Positions 20,301 to 30,691 of a DNA stretch of 64,000 nt are shown here, in pieces (position 1 is the first letter of the stretch; every line of letters begins with the position of its first letter). A program made the position numbers and the translations under genes. A model generated the notes under the pieces. That model did no database searches, was not told the DNA's origin, and worked only from the letters and a program-made list of their open reading frames with translations. Origin of the DNA: Candidatus Bathyarchaeota archaeon (GTDB lineage: Archaea > Thermoproteota > Bathyarchaeia > Bathyarchaeales > Bathycorpusculaceae); the NCBI GenBank assembly GCA_963833575.1, contig CAWHXY010000005.1, positions 1-64,000 of the forward strand, written 5' to 3'.

Positions 20301-21434
20301 GTGTTGAAGGTAAGAGAAATCAATGATTTCGAAGAGATGAAAGATAACTGGGATCTCCTCTTAGAGAGGAGCCAGGTCAATACTAATATTTTCTTAACTT
20401 GGGACTGGCTATCCACTTGGTGGAAACACTTTGGAAAAGGAAGAAAACCGATAATTCTGCTTGTCGAAGATGAAAAGAAAGTCTTGGCAATAGCTCCATT
20501 AATGCTTTCTGAATACAACTTGCCCCTCATAGGCAAAACGCAAAGAGTCGAGTTCATAGGAACCCCCGACTCAGACTACCGTGATTTTATCGTCATAGAT
20601 AAAGAAGCTGAATGTCTGAAACTAATACTTGCTTACCTGAGAAACAATATTTCAAACTGGAACTGGATTGAGCTAAAAGAAGTCAAAGAAACCACTGGAA
20701 CAATGGATAATTTCCGATACTTGGCTCATGAACTTGGGAAGGATCTTAAAATTGAAGAGCGCATCTGCAACATCTGTCCTTACGTAACATTGCCAAACTC
20801 ATTCGAATTCCTGATGGGTTCGCTTAAATCAAACATGAGAAGACATCTAAAAGTGAGTATGAGAAAAATCACCCAAAAATACGAAGTCAAATTAGAAAAG
20901 TATGATGAAGCAGGTTTCACAGTAGCCGCTGGGATGAAAACATTTGCTTCACTTTTTCAGAAACGATGGGCAACAAAAGGCGAAACTGGAATTTTCACAG
21001 AAGGCAGAGATATAGAGTTCATTAAGTTCCATTTGGATGTCGCCCAAACTTTTGCAGACAAGGGATGGCTAGGACTTTATTTTCTCATGGCAAACAATGA
21101 ACCAATAGCCGCTCAATATGGATTTAAGTACAATCGAAAAATGCTCTGTTACCTTATGGGTTGGGACCCGGCATATTCGGTGTATTCCGTAGGCAACCTC
21201 AGTATTATGCTCTTGATGCGTGAATGCATCAAAGAAGGGTTCAATGAGTATGACATGATGCGAGGAGAGGAAGGCTACAAAATTCGCTGGACCGATAAAT
21301 GCGTAAGAAACTATGAAGTTAGATTCATCCAAAAAGATTTTCCAAGCAGATTTTATAATTGGGGATTCAGAAGCAAAACCCTCAATGGCTTATGCCAAAA
21401 AATAGGATTCTCGCTGGATTTGAACATGTTGTAA
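20301..21434 (+). CDS. GNAT family acetyltransferase (CelD/BcsL-like)
   Basis: FLTWDWLSTWWKHF, LAIAPL, SDYRDF, YSVG and YDMMRGEEGYKIRW. Confidence 0.85.
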   Translation: MLKVREINDFEEMKDNWDLLLERSQVNTNIFLTWDWLSTWWKHFGKGRKPIILLVEDEKKVLAIAPLMLSEYNLPLIGKTQRVEFIGTPDSDYRDFIVIDKEAECLKLILAYLRNNISNWNWIELKEVKETTGTMDNFRYLAHELGKDLKIEERICNICPYVTLPNSFEFLMGSLKSNMRRHLKVSMRKITQKYEVKLEKYDEAGFTVAAGMKTFASLFQKRWATKGETGIFTEGRDIEFIKFHLDVAQTFADKGWLGLYFLMANNEPIAAQYGFKYNRKMLCYLMGWDPAYSVYSVGNLSIMLLMRECIKEGFNEYDMMRGEEGYKIRWTDKCVRNYEVRFIQKDFPSRFYNWGFRSKTLNGLCQKIGFSLDLNML

Positions 21435-21640
21435 CAGGAAGAGAATTTGACTGCAGATTTGAGTAGATGATATGGCGGAAAGCGCCGACTAACTTTGCCT
21501 AATTGGTTGCCACTTTCAGTTCAAAAACTCAACAACTGTCTCTCTTTATATTTAACACTGATTTTCTAGTTAAAGAAGAGTTAAGAGCTCAGATCTGTGA
21601 GCTTTTCATAGAGAATAAAAATGATTAGTAGCTGCTTAAC

Positions 21641-22564
21641 ATGATTGAAGCTGAGAACCTTACGAGGAAGTTCGGTGACCTGACTGCGGTTGACAACGTG
21701 ACTTTCAAAGTAAATCAAGGCGAAATCTTCGGCTTTCTTGGACCCAATGGCGCGGGCAAAACAACCACAGTTAGGATGCTCTGTTGTTTGATATCCAAGA
21801 CCAGCGGCAGCGCGAGGATTGGCGATTATGAGATTGGCAGCCAAGAAGATGCCCTGAAGATTAGGAAGATCATAGGTCTCGTTCCTGATAACGTAGGTCT
21901 CTATGAGTCCCTGACCGCCAATGAGAACCTGGACTACTACGGGACACTGTACAGGCGGACTGACTCCCAGCGGAAGGAGAGTAATGAATATTTCCTCAGG
22001 TTGCTTGGGCTCTGGGAGAAGAGAGATGCTCTGGTGGGGACGTTCTCGAAAGGTATGAAGCAGAAGCTTGCTATAGCACGAGCACTCGTACATGACCCCG
22101 AGATACTTTTTATGGATGAGCCGACTGCGAACCTAGACCCTGAAGCTGCAAAGGCAGTGAGGGAATTCATTCTTGATTTGAAGAAGGAAAAGAAGACCAT
22201 TTTTATCAATACGCACAACCTTGATGAGGCACAGCGGATCTGCAATAGGATTGGTATCTTGAATACCCGGCTGATGGCTATTGGCGCTCCTGAAGAACTT
22301 GAACGGTCGATCCACGGAAGGAAGACTGTGATTCAGCTAAAACAGACGAACGAAGCTATCTTAAATTCGCTGAAAAGGCTACAGGTCAAGAACTTGGTCC
22401 AGGAAGGTAACAAGTTGACGGTCGATGTTGAGAATCCAGCGGAGGAGAATCCAGATATGGTAGACGCGATTGCCGCAGCAGGAGGACGCATTGAAACAGT
22501 CACAGTAACGAGTAGCTCGCTCGAAGATGCTTACCTGAAACTAGTTAAGGAGAATACACAATGA
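21641..22564 (+). CDS. ABC-2 type transporter ATP-binding protein
   Basis: GPNGAGKTT, FSKGMKQ, LFMDEPT and H-loop THNL. Confidence 0.93.
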   Translation: MIEAENLTRKFGDLTAVDNVTFKVNQGEIFGFLGPNGAGKTTTVRMLCCLISKTSGSARIGDYEIGSQEDALKIRKIIGLVPDNVGLYESLTANENLDYYGTLYRRTDSQRKESNEYFLRLLGLWEKRDALVGTFSKGMKQKLAIARALVHDPEILFMDEPTANLDPEAAKAVREFILDLKKEKKTIFINTHNLDEAQRICNRIGILNTRLMAIGAPEELERSIHGRKTVIQLKQTNEAILNSLKRLQVKNLVQEGNKLTVDVENPAEENPDMVDAIAAAGGRIETVTVTSSSLEDAYLKLVKENTQ

Positions 22565-23292
22565 CGACTTGGATGCCTTGGAAGATAGCGCGAAAAGAAC
22601 TGAAAGTAATAAGTAGAAAGAGAAGTATCCTCATCTATACCATTGGGATTCCCCTCCTCATCGCAATTGCCTTCACGATCGTTATCAGGGGACAAATAGT
22701 CAATGGAATCCCTAACACATTATCGCTAGGCGCTGAATCAATCATTTACATTTTTGTTGTCTTAGCAACTGTTCTTCCCAGTACGATTGCAGCGTACAGT
22801 ATAGTGGGCGAAAAAGTTGAGAAGACCTTGGAACCTTTGCTTGCAACCCCTACGACTGACGGCGAGATTCTTCTGGGAAAAAGTATTGCAGCTTTCATAC
22901 CACCTATCCTGTCTGCTTGGGGTGGAGCAGTAATCTTCATGGCTGCGGCGGATTACCTATTGCTAAAAGCCGGGTTAGGCTACTATTACTTTCCCAATTG
23001 GAACGCAGGCGTAATGCTCTTATTCATAGCTCCCCTTGCAGCAATTCTTAGTATTGAAGTGGCAGTGATTGCGTCATCACGAGTAACCGACGTTAGGGGT
23101 GCAAATCAGATTGCGGGTCTCATGTTTATCCCGTTTGTCGTTGTGTTCTTTGCGGGAGCGGAAGGAATTTTCGCATTCAGCATCGTTAACCTTTTGATCT
23201 TTGCTGGCGCCGTGGCAGCCATCGATGTGGCTTTTTCCTTTTTAAGTAGGGCTACTTTCAATCGAGAGGAAATATTGACGAAGTGGAAATGA
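22561..23292 (+). CDS. ABC-2 type transporter permease
   Basis: IARKELK and SIVGEKVEKTLEPLLATP..EILLGK; overlaps the ATPase stop codon. Confidence 0.9.
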   Translation: MTTWMPWKIARKELKVISRKRSILIYTIGIPLLIAIAFTIVIRGQIVNGIPNTLSLGAESIIYIFVVLATVLPSTIAAYSIVGEKVEKTLEPLLATPTTDGEILLGKSIAAFIPPILSAWGGAVIFMAAADYLLLKAGLGYYYFPNWNAGVMLLFIAPLAAILSIEVAVIASSRVTDVRGANQIAGLMFIPFVVVFFAGAEGIFAFSIVNLLIFAGAVAAIDVAFSFLSRATFNREEILTKWK

Positions 23293-23462
23293 GGTCAATT
23301 GTTGAACTCTTTTAATATACACCCACTATTATTTGGCCGCGCGTCTAAACTCACTCGGAATAGTGGCACAGGTATCTTGCCTTTAACATTTGCACTTAAT
23401 GTGAGTCCCTTTTCTATTTTATAAAACTCTGGAATAAAGCTCTACAAACGGTTTAGCTTTTT

Positions 23463-24482
23463 TTATATCCATTTTCTTAGTTTGAAAATCAATGCGAGGA
23501 TACAAGCAATGCTAACCATAATTCCAACCATTATATAGAAGCCGTAAGGGTTGTTTGTTTCTGGGATTGATCCTGAGTTGAAGTTCGTTCCGTAAATTCC
23601 AGCAATCAAAGTTAGAGGGAGGAAAATAGCGGAAATTATCGTCAAGACTCTAATTATGTTGTTGGTGTTTACGGTTTGAACGTTGACTAAGATGTCCCTG
23701 ATATTGGTCAGATCTTCCCTGTGAGTATCAACAACTTCGACAAGCTGGATTGTTCTGTCGTAGAGGTCTCCGAAACGAGGAAGGTTCACTCCTTGGACTA
23801 GTGCAAATTCACCTCTTGTTATTCTTCCCATGATCTCGCGAAGCGGGCTTAAACTCTGTCTGAGAGCCACGAGCCTCTCTCTCACCTTAATTAGTTGCAT
23901 CCCAAAACCGCTGTTTGCTTGCCTTGACCTTTCTCTGAAAAGCATCAAAGCACCTTGATTCAATGCCTCAATCTTTTCGAACACCAAGTCTGATACAGGA
24001 TAGTATTCGCTCGTTACCAAATCCAAGAAAATATACAGCATAATATCAGTTGAAGGTGCAAGTGATAGCGAGAAGTAACCGTGAGTACCAATTTTTTTGT
24101 AAACTGCGCAAGTCAGATCTGAATAGCCTCTATGAAGAGTTAATAGCCAATTGGAACAAACAAGAGTTGCCAAGCTTTCCATTTTCCCCTCCGACACAAA
24201 ACTTTCTCGATTTGGGAAATTGAGGAGACAGAAAACTCGGTCTTCGTGTTCATCAATTCTTGAACGTACCCCTTCTTGAGTTAGCTCTTGAAGGTTGTGT
24301 TCATCTAAACTGAAATAATCCTTTAGTTCTTTCATTTCGGAATCGGTTGGGTCCTGAGCATCTACCCAAAGAACTTCATTTTTATTAATTTCCTCAGGTA
24401 AAATCTCCAGATTTTCTGATTGCCATCTTCCTTCTTCGTGTTGTTTAAGTAAAGTGACGGTTAACAACCGACTATTCTCCAA
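23463..24482 (-). CDS. corA: CorA family Mg2+/Co2+ transporter
   Basis: WVD..DP, LTIISAIFLPLTLIAGIYGTNF (GMN-like motif reads GTN) and two C-terminal TMs. Confidence 0.88.
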   Translation of the reverse strand: MENSRLLTVTLLKQHEEGRWQSENLEILPEEINKNEVLWVDAQDPTDSEMKELKDYFSLDEHNLQELTQEGVRSRIDEHEDRVFCLLNFPNRESFVSEGKMESLATLVCSNWLLTLHRGYSDLTCAVYKKIGTHGYFSLSLAPSTDIMLYIFLDLVTSEYYPVSDLVFEKIEALNQGALMLFRERSRQANSGFGMQLIKVRERLVALRQSLSPLREIMGRITRGEFALVQGVNLPRFGDLYDRTIQLVEVVDTHREDLTNIRDILVNVQTVNTNNIIRVLTIISAIFLPLTLIAGIYGTNFNSGSIPETNNPYGFYIMVGIMVSIACILALIFKLRKWI

Positions 24483-24642
24483 ATTAAGCTAATGAGCGTT
24501 CTTCTTTCTGAACATAACCATCTTCTGTAAGCTGTCCTTATTAAATAAATCAAAATCCTCAAACTCCTACCAAACATTCTGAACGACCGTTTGCACTCTT
24601 GGAAAAACGGCTTCTACCCGACAAAGAGCCAACATGAGCTCG

Positions 24643-24951
24643 TTAAGGCTTTAGTTCTCTGTCTTCACTGTAGTCTCTGTCTTCGTGGGCTTCCTCTTCA
24701 GATTCGTCTTCGCTTTCTTCTTCAGCTTCACTTGCTTCTTCGCCTTCAGCAACCGCTTTATCTTCAGCTTCGCCTTTTGGCGGATAAACTTTATCTAACC
24801 AAACTTCAAACTGTGTCTTGAATTCAGAATTAGAAAAAGCCCAATCACACAATCCACCAATAACTTTGCCAACGTCAATTTCATGTTCGTCAGCTAAACG
24901 TTTTAAGAACTCTTCCCAATTTGCAGGTAAAGACACTGGAAAACTACTCAT
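24643..24951 (-). CDS. hypothetical protein with acidic C-terminal tail
   Basis: GGAGA RBS; RHH-like N-terminus and E/D-rich tail. Confidence 0.6.
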   Translation of the reverse strand: MSSFPVSLPANWEEFLKRLADEHEIDVGKVIGGLCDWAFSNSEFKTQFEVWLDKVYPPKGEAEDKAVAEGEEASEAEEESEDESEEEAHEDRDYSEDRELKP

Positions 24952-25038
24952 AGAACAATCTCCACTACATTGTTAATGCCAAGTTATATTTAAGTTTCAA
25001 AAAGGCATGTGAAAAACTGTGCTTTGGACTGAAAGTTT

Positions 25039-25191
25039 CTACCTTTGATCTTTTAGCAGCTGCAGTCGTTTGGCGACTTCTTTGGAGATTTTTTCTAAAC
25101 CTAGTGCTAATTCTTCACGATCAACTTCATCTAAAGGATACCATTTTCCCTCTTTATCAATGAAAACAAGATCTAATTTTTTATTAACCAT
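25039..25191 (-). CDS. small hypothetical protein (50 aa)
   Basis: Not in track. MVNKKLDLVFIDKEGKWYPLDEVDREELALGLEKISKEVAKRLQLLKDQR, with a GGTGG RBS. Confidence 0.5.
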   Translation of the reverse strand: MVNKKLDLVFIDKEGKWYPLDEVDREELALGLEKISKEVAKRLQLLKDQR

Positions 25192-25663
25192 AATTTCCAC
25201 CTATTAATTAACTTAAGTGTTCGCGAATCGCTTAAACTTTTCTTGCCCAGGTTCTTTTGCTGGGTTAATGCGACTTAGTAAGATGGCAATTCTAAAAGTG
25301 GGCTTCCAGCTATGTTGCCCATAATATTACCCACGCGGTTTTGGGTGTTTGTAGCTAACTGCCTTTTCATGAGCTTTTTTGTTGGGCATTCTTATAATAC
25401 GGTTATCTTAATTGAGGGTTGACGCAATTATCTAATTAAAAACCGAAATTTTTGGTGTTTTTGTTTATGCTGGATTAAGCCAATACCTATATAAGCACGT
25501 AAGTACATAGTAACTTATGTTGATAAGCTATTAGGTGAATTGAAGTGAACAAAAAATGATGACAAAAAATAGAACAAAATTAAGCATCTTGCAATTCGCT
25601 TACTGGAAAAATGCCTGACACGTGGCAACGTGCAACAAAACTTTTACAAATTAGGTGATAAAA

Positions 25664-25807
25664 TTGGGTCGAATCAGCGTAGATCTCCCAGATGAATTGG
25701 AAAAGCAACTCAGAATAAAAACGGTTGAGAGATTTGGCGGGAAAAAAGGCGACTTATCCAAAGCCGTCGAAGAAGCAATAAGAACATGGATTAATAACAA
25801 AGAATAA
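25664..25807 (+). CDS. ribbon-helix-helix (CopG-like) DNA-binding protein (47 aa)
   Basis: Not in track. AGGTGAT RBS, TTG start, MGRISVDLPDELEKQLRIKTVERFGGKKGDLSKAVEEAIRTWINNKE. Confidence 0.8.
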   Translation: MGRISVDLPDELEKQLRIKTVERFGGKKGDLSKAVEEAIRTWINNKE

Positions 25808-25951
25808 ACCCCCAAAAAGGGTCCATCCCCATTTGCGATAAAGGGGTCTTAAAGAAACAAACGCATCTGAAATCGACCCAAAATAGCTATCAACCAACAA
25901 TTAATTCCCTATTTTTAGGATTATAAAAAACAAATTAGTCGAGGTGAAAAA

Positions 25952-26506
25952 ATGACTGAAAAAGAAAAAAAGGCGCCGGTTAAGGCAATCGTAAAATCTG
26001 AAGCTACAATAAAACCTGTAAAACATCTTCCAGCTAAACTCATTCCTACAAAACAAGTCCCCGCTGTTCACGTTCTGACGACCTTTGACGATTTGATTGA
26101 TAATTTCCGCAAAAACTTCATTGAAAGTATCGCTTTTCCATGGGATTGGGTAAGTCTTGAGCCTATTGTTCCGGTTCGTGAGGCAACTGTAGATCTAGTT
26201 GATGAAGGAAACAAGTTTGTGGTGCATGCTGAACTGCCTGGAGTAGCGAAAGACAAGATCGACGTAGCCCTGACAAAGGATGGCATCGAAATCTCAGCTG
26301 AAACAGATGTTGAAAGGGAAGACAAAGAAAAGAATTTTGTTCTCAGAGAACGCGTTTACTCCCATGTTTACAAACAGCTATCGTTCCCAGAAGAAGTAAT
26401 CCCCGAGAAAGCTGAATCCACATATAGAGACGGATTACTCGAAGTCAACGTTCCAAAGAAGACGATTGCACCCGCACCTAAAAAGCACAAAGTGACAGTT
26501 AAATAG
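25952..26506 (+). CDS. Hsp20/alpha-crystallin small heat-shock protein
   Basis: VDLVDEG..V.AELPGV.KD.I, RER and A..YRDGLLEV.VPK. Confidence 0.92.
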   Translation: MTEKEKKAPVKAIVKSEATIKPVKHLPAKLIPTKQVPAVHVLTTFDDLIDNFRKNFIESIAFPWDWVSLEPIVPVREATVDLVDEGNKFVVHAELPGVAKDKIDVALTKDGIEISAETDVEREDKEKNFVLRERVYSHVYKQLSFPEEVIPEKAESTYRDGLLEVNVPKKTIAPAPKKHKVTVK

Positions 26507-26627
26507 TTGGTATAGTAGCATTTTCATGCTCACTATTCCTGCAATATTTTGAGAAACTAGTTATGATTGGTACGTAGAAGCTAGATAAACGATTATCTTA
26601 TCTTGCACTACCATTTTCTAATATGTT

Positions 26628-26837
26628 TTATCCTCTGTTAGGGGCGAGTTTGAATTGTCGTCTTTGTTTTTTACCGCGAGACCTTCGAGGTCCAGTTTGC
26701 GATTCGTTAAGCTTCGCGGTTACTTTTTTGTTCTTCTCACCTGAGTACCGTTTCACTTGTTTTTTTTCGTGATGCTCAGGTTGAGTTGTCTCTTGCAAGT
26801 TAACCTTCGGGCTTTCTTTTTCATTCATTTTTTTCAC
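26628..26837 (-). CDS. small basic hypothetical protein
   Basis: GAGGTGA RBS before ATG at 26828; K/R-rich. Confidence 0.45.
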   Translation of the reverse strand: MKKMNEKESPKVNLQETTQPEHHEKKQVKRYSGEKNKKVTAKLNESQTGPRRSRGKKQRRQFKLAPNRG

Positions 26838-26994
26838 CTCGACTATTTGGCTTTTTTGAGAAAATAATTACTGATATTTCTGGACGAAAAACCAGAAATG
26901 TTTCTACCTTTGCACCTTTAACAAACGTAGTCATAGGGGCGATAGTGGTTTTGTCAGGGAAATCATGCTTTTTTATGAAGATTTAACGCTATTT

Positions 26995-27159
26995 TCATGT
27001 GACGTCAATTATCTTAGATGCTGTAATCTCGTTGTGAATCTGTTCTATGGTTTTTTCTTGAACGCCATGTTTACTTAGCATTTCAACTAGTTCATCAAAA
27101 CGCATATAGTTGCCTGATCTTGGAATTGGTAAAATTAAGTTCTTATACTCTTTTTTCAT
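26995..27159 (-). CDS. small hypothetical protein (54 aa)
   Basis: Not in track. MKKEYKNLILPIPRSGNYMRFDELVEMLSKHGVQEKTIEQIHNEITASKIIDVT. Confidence 0.4.
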   Translation of the reverse strand: MKKEYKNLILPIPRSGNYMRFDELVEMLSKHGVQEKTIEQIHNEITASKIIDVT

Positions 27160-27234
27160 ACAGAAAAATCCTTGATTTGGTTTCGTTCTATCTAAGTTAT
27201 AGTAGTCTTCTTTCTTTAAAGAACTTTATTGCCG

Positions 27235-27753
27235 CTACTTGCCAGGAGAATTGAAATCTCTTAGTAGTTTCTTCGTTAAAGAGGCAACTTTCTTGTCAGT
27301 AACTGGAAGACCTGTTTTCTTTGAAATTATTTCTGAAAACTCTTTGACGATGGTTTGGGCCGCATTTGCTATTTCCTTTAGAGAAATAATGTCCCCGGTA
27401 AAAATGCCTTTGCAGTTTATGGTTGCAAGCGGATTTAAGCCGAGAAAAATCTTATTTGTTCTATAATCAAAATCTGTTATAATGAAAGGTTCTAAAATGC
27501 ATATTAACGGTTTGATAGCGTGAATCTTGCATTTGTTTTCGTCGGTCAAAAAAAAGCAGCTTCCATCTTTGTTTCTGCGAATGTTCCTGTTAGCTGGATC
27601 AGTAGGTTCTTCCAAAAAATTCATGAATCCTTCAGCTTCAATCATATGTTGTTCTCTTAAGTTGATATCTGGCGGCTGGTTTCTGCAACAAACACCACAG
27701 TTCTTACATTGAAAACCTGCTGAATCTGGAAATATGACATTTTCATATTGCAA
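27235..27753 (-). CDS. YkgJ family cysteine-cluster protein
   Basis: FQCKNCGVCC, CFFL...CKIH..KP.IC..PF. Confidence 0.85.
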   Translation of the reverse strand: MQYENVIFPDSAGFQCKNCGVCCRNQPPDINLREQHMIEAEGFMNFLEEPTDPANRNIRRNKDGSCFFLTDENKCKIHAIKPLICILEPFIITDFDYRTNKIFLGLNPLATINCKGIFTGDIISLKEIANAAQTIVKEFSEIISKKTGLPVTDKKVASLTKKLLRDFNSPGK

Positions 27754-28049
27754 GGTAACTCATACCTTTTAACAGCTAAAGCACAAGTGGACAGTTAAGC
27801 TTTTCAATTCGCTTCTAATGACTATTATGAAACTACCTTTAGATGAACCTGGAGTTGCCGTTGAACAGAATTTCTCAAGCAAGGATCCTTGTTAAATGGG
27901 CTTATTCTTTGAATTCTCATAAAAATAACAAAACAGTTAGCGCCCTTTGCATATCATTTGAACCATGATTTCTGATGCACTCAAGCGTTTTGATCTAAGC
28001 ACCTTTCCAATTATTTTGGTCTAGTTTTAACCTAAAATTTCTCAAGATA

Positions 28050-29015
28050 TTAGATACTAACTCGAAATGCCCAATGCATAAACGATCTAAAATCTCTTGA
28101 AAGCACCAAAGAAGGCTCAACGTAACAGTGAAGACTGCATTTTCTGCAGTTTTCTGTTTTTTTCCAGTCAAAGTTTGAAACGGAAGTTTTAATGCTATTT
28201 TCAAAAATAGAAGCGTTGCTTACATAGTCGTTGTGAACATAGCAAGGCAAAACTAAATTACCGTTTGGATCAATGTTAACCATCGCCCATGGTTTGCATT
28301 GCCAGTTTTTCTCTTTAGCCATCACCCTCAAGTAACCGATTGAATTGACAATAGGGTAACCTTCCCGCTTCATTTCAATAAGTCTGTGAGCTATTCTTGA
28401 TGTTTTTCCAATAGCAGCTGAAGATGCATTGACATTGCAATACTCATGAGCCACAGCTACCGATATTTTTGTCCCCAACTCTTTTGCCAAGCAGACCAAT
28501 TTTTCTATTTCATTAATATTTTCAGCCATTATTGTTGTGTTTATGGTTACAGCAACCTTTTCCTTCGCCGCACTTATGCCTCGAACCGCTTTTCTAAAAC
28601 TTCCCTCAACTCCTCTAATAGCATCATGAGTTTTCTCCAAACCATCCAGCGAAACGTAAATAACACCATTAATGTATGGGACAATTTCGTCTATCCTTGA
28701 TTCAAGTAGAGTTCCGTTGGTTATGATGCTGGTGTGCAAAGGCAGCGATCGAGAAAATGCAAGAATTTCCACCAAGTCATTTCTAAGAAGTGGTTCTCCA
28801 CCTTCAAAGGCGATTCCAACCGCTCCTGAATTATAAACCTGTTTCAAAATCGTTTTTTCCTGTTCAAGGCTTAAATCTCGGCTGGGTCTTTTCCAGAATG
28901 GGCACATTTTGCACCTGAGATTACAGTTATAGGTCAGTTTATGTCCACAAAATATAGGAGACTTCACGTCGAGTAAGTTTAAGATAAGCCCGCGATAAGC
29001 TCTTATTCCTAGCAC
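28050..29015 (-). CDS. radical SAM protein (SPASM/twitch-type)
   Basis: CNLRCKMC, GGEPLLR, TNG, SLDG..HDAIRG and C-terminal Cys residues. Confidence 0.9.
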   Translation of the reverse strand: MLGIRAYRGLILNLLDVKSPIFCGHKLTYNCNLRCKMCPFWKRPSRDLSLEQEKTILKQVYNSGAVGIAFEGGEPLLRNDLVEILAFSRSLPLHTSIITNGTLLESRIDEIVPYINGVIYVSLDGLEKTHDAIRGVEGSFRKAVRGISAAKEKVAVTINTTIMAENINEIEKLVCLAKELGTKISVAVAHEYCNVNASSAAIGKTSRIAHRLIEMKREGYPIVNSIGYLRVMAKEKNWQCKPWAMVNIDPNGNLVLPCYVHNDYVSNASIFENSIKTSVSNFDWKKTENCRKCSLHCYVEPSLVLSRDFRSFMHWAFRVSI

Positions 29016-29150
29016 AAAGTTCTGTACATAATGGTGAAGGTCTTTTTCTTCACCAGAATAGCTGGAAACCCGTCTCCATCCTCCAAGATCATTTCAAATA
29101 GGTAAAAACAAGTACTTTTCTTTTTTGTTCGGAGAAAGGGGAATCTTTCC

Positions 29151-29303
29151 TTAATCTTTTTTCTTTAGTTCTTTTTTTATTCCTTTTCCAAAATCATTTA
29201 CGGCTTTAGCTCCTTTCTTGATACCTTTGCCGACCGCTTCTCCAGTTTTTTCGGCAGCATTTTCAACTTTTTTCTTCGCGTCAGGCACTCCATCATCTTC
29301 CAT
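29151..29303 (-). CDS. small hydrophilic Lys/Gly/Ala-rich protein (LEA/CsbD-like)
   Basis: Not in track. MEDDGVPDAKKKVENAAEKTGEAVGKGIKKGAKAVNDFGKGIKKELKKKD. Confidence 0.6.
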   Translation of the reverse strand: MEDDGVPDAKKKVENAAEKTGEAVGKGIKKGAKAVNDFGKGIKKELKKKD

Positions 29304-29487
29304 CTAAAAGACGTTTATTACCGAATTAAGTTTGTGTGACTGTGAAGTTACAGTAACATTTGATCATCAATCGGGGTTTACTTGTAGAAAACCTTGTAGT
29401 TGTAAGCTCCGAGGCGTAATTTGAATTTTCAAACAGCATACCGCTTTGTTGGTGTGAGGCTACAGTCACACAAGCTTATAGCCATTC

Positions 29488-29850
29488 ATGAGACTATTTA
29501 TGTTAATTATGGAGTTGTGGGTTTTGGCCGCAATAGATCAAATATTTCATTTTATTACTTCCGGAAGCATAGGTGGTCTGCCACCGATTGTCTTAATGAT
29601 AATAATATTTGTCGTCGGATTGATTGTGGGCTATCTGATCCATTTGTTCCTAAAGATCGCCATTATAGCTGCAATTATACTCTTCGTGGTTGCCTACTTT
29701 GGCTTCTGGGGTTTAAGTCTCAGCACCTTGAAAAGTTATGCAACTCAATACGGGTCAATTGTTTATCAATATGGGGCACTCATCATTGGCATACTACCGC
29801 TAAGCATTGGATTCGTAGTGGGCGTAATCATAGGCTTCGTATTTGGCTAA
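29488..29850 (+). CDS. small membrane protein
   Basis: About three hydrophobic helices. Confidence 0.65.
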   Translation: MRLFMLIMELWVLAAIDQIFHFITSGSIGGLPPIVLMIIIFVVGLIVGYLIHLFLKIAIIAAIILFVVAYFGFWGLSLSTLKSYATQYGSIVYQYGALIIGILPLSIGFVVGVIIGFVFG

Positions 29851-29903
29851 ATTGAACTGAATTGGTATAAGCTGCTCTCAAACAACTCGTATCCCTTGCT
29901 AAA

Positions 29904-30242
29904 TTGATGTGGGAGATGAATTTGAAAATGTCAGAAATTTCTCGAATAGCTTACTACTTAGCGCTTATAGGCGGAATACTGTTAGTAATCTTTGGGTTAC
30001 TATCGCTCATCGGATATGCTTTCGTATATATTGGATCATTTATATCATTAGGCTTTGCTTACTTCGGAATTGTTACTATTGTCTGTGGCATAATAGCAAT
30101 CATTGGCGCAAAAAGCGCGGCTACTCTTTTTTGGGCTATAGTGCTCATTATCGTTGGAATCATTGGTGGTGGACTCGGTGGATTGTTGGTTATCCTTGGA
30201 GGAATAGTTGGACTTATTGCAGTTGTAACCAAAAAGGCATAG
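29904..30242 (+). CDS. small Gly-rich membrane protein
   Basis: Four hydrophobic helices; probable start at 29928. Confidence 0.7.
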   Translation: MMWEMNLKMSEISRIAYYLALIGGILLVIFGLLSLIGYAFVYIGSFISLGFAYFGIVTIVCGIIAIIGAKSAATLFWAIVLIIVGIIGGGLGGLLVILGGIVGLIAVVTKKA

Positions 30243-30260
30243 TGCGAGTAGAAACGGCTA

Positions 30261-30482
30261 TTAATAGCTTTTATGTCTGTCCACAGTTTCTTTGTTTACT
30301 TTGGTTTTTCCTAAACCACCGTTGTGTGCGCTCAGCACAAATTGCAACGTATTTTCCTTGAAAAATTCTCTAAATTGATTCCCACATTTAGTACATTTAT
30401 ACATCTTAACGCGGAATCGCCCAAAATCCCATTCCTTATCCGGTTCTTTCGCGTGGGCTGTACAATTTGGACATTTAGGCAT
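30261..30482 (-). CDS. zinc-ribbon protein
   Basis: MPKCPNC...KEW....VKMYKCTKCG..FRE. Confidence 0.7.
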   Translation of the reverse strand: MPKCPNCTAHAKEPDKEWDFGRFRVKMYKCTKCGNQFREFFKENTLQFVLSAHNGGLGKTKVNKETVDRHKSY

Positions 30483-30691
30483 AAACTTAACCATAATGTT
30501 AGATCGAAAGTAACTATATATACCCATTTCGGGGTGTTAAGTCCAAAATCCAATTTATCTAAAGCCCAAAAGTCGTTAAGAAGTCTCTCACCGCGTAAAT
30601 TACATAAAATGAGTCATAAGTCAATAATTTTATAGCTATATCACCGTGATTATAGGTGGTTACTTTTTTCGTTTCACAACCACCAAAGTGA

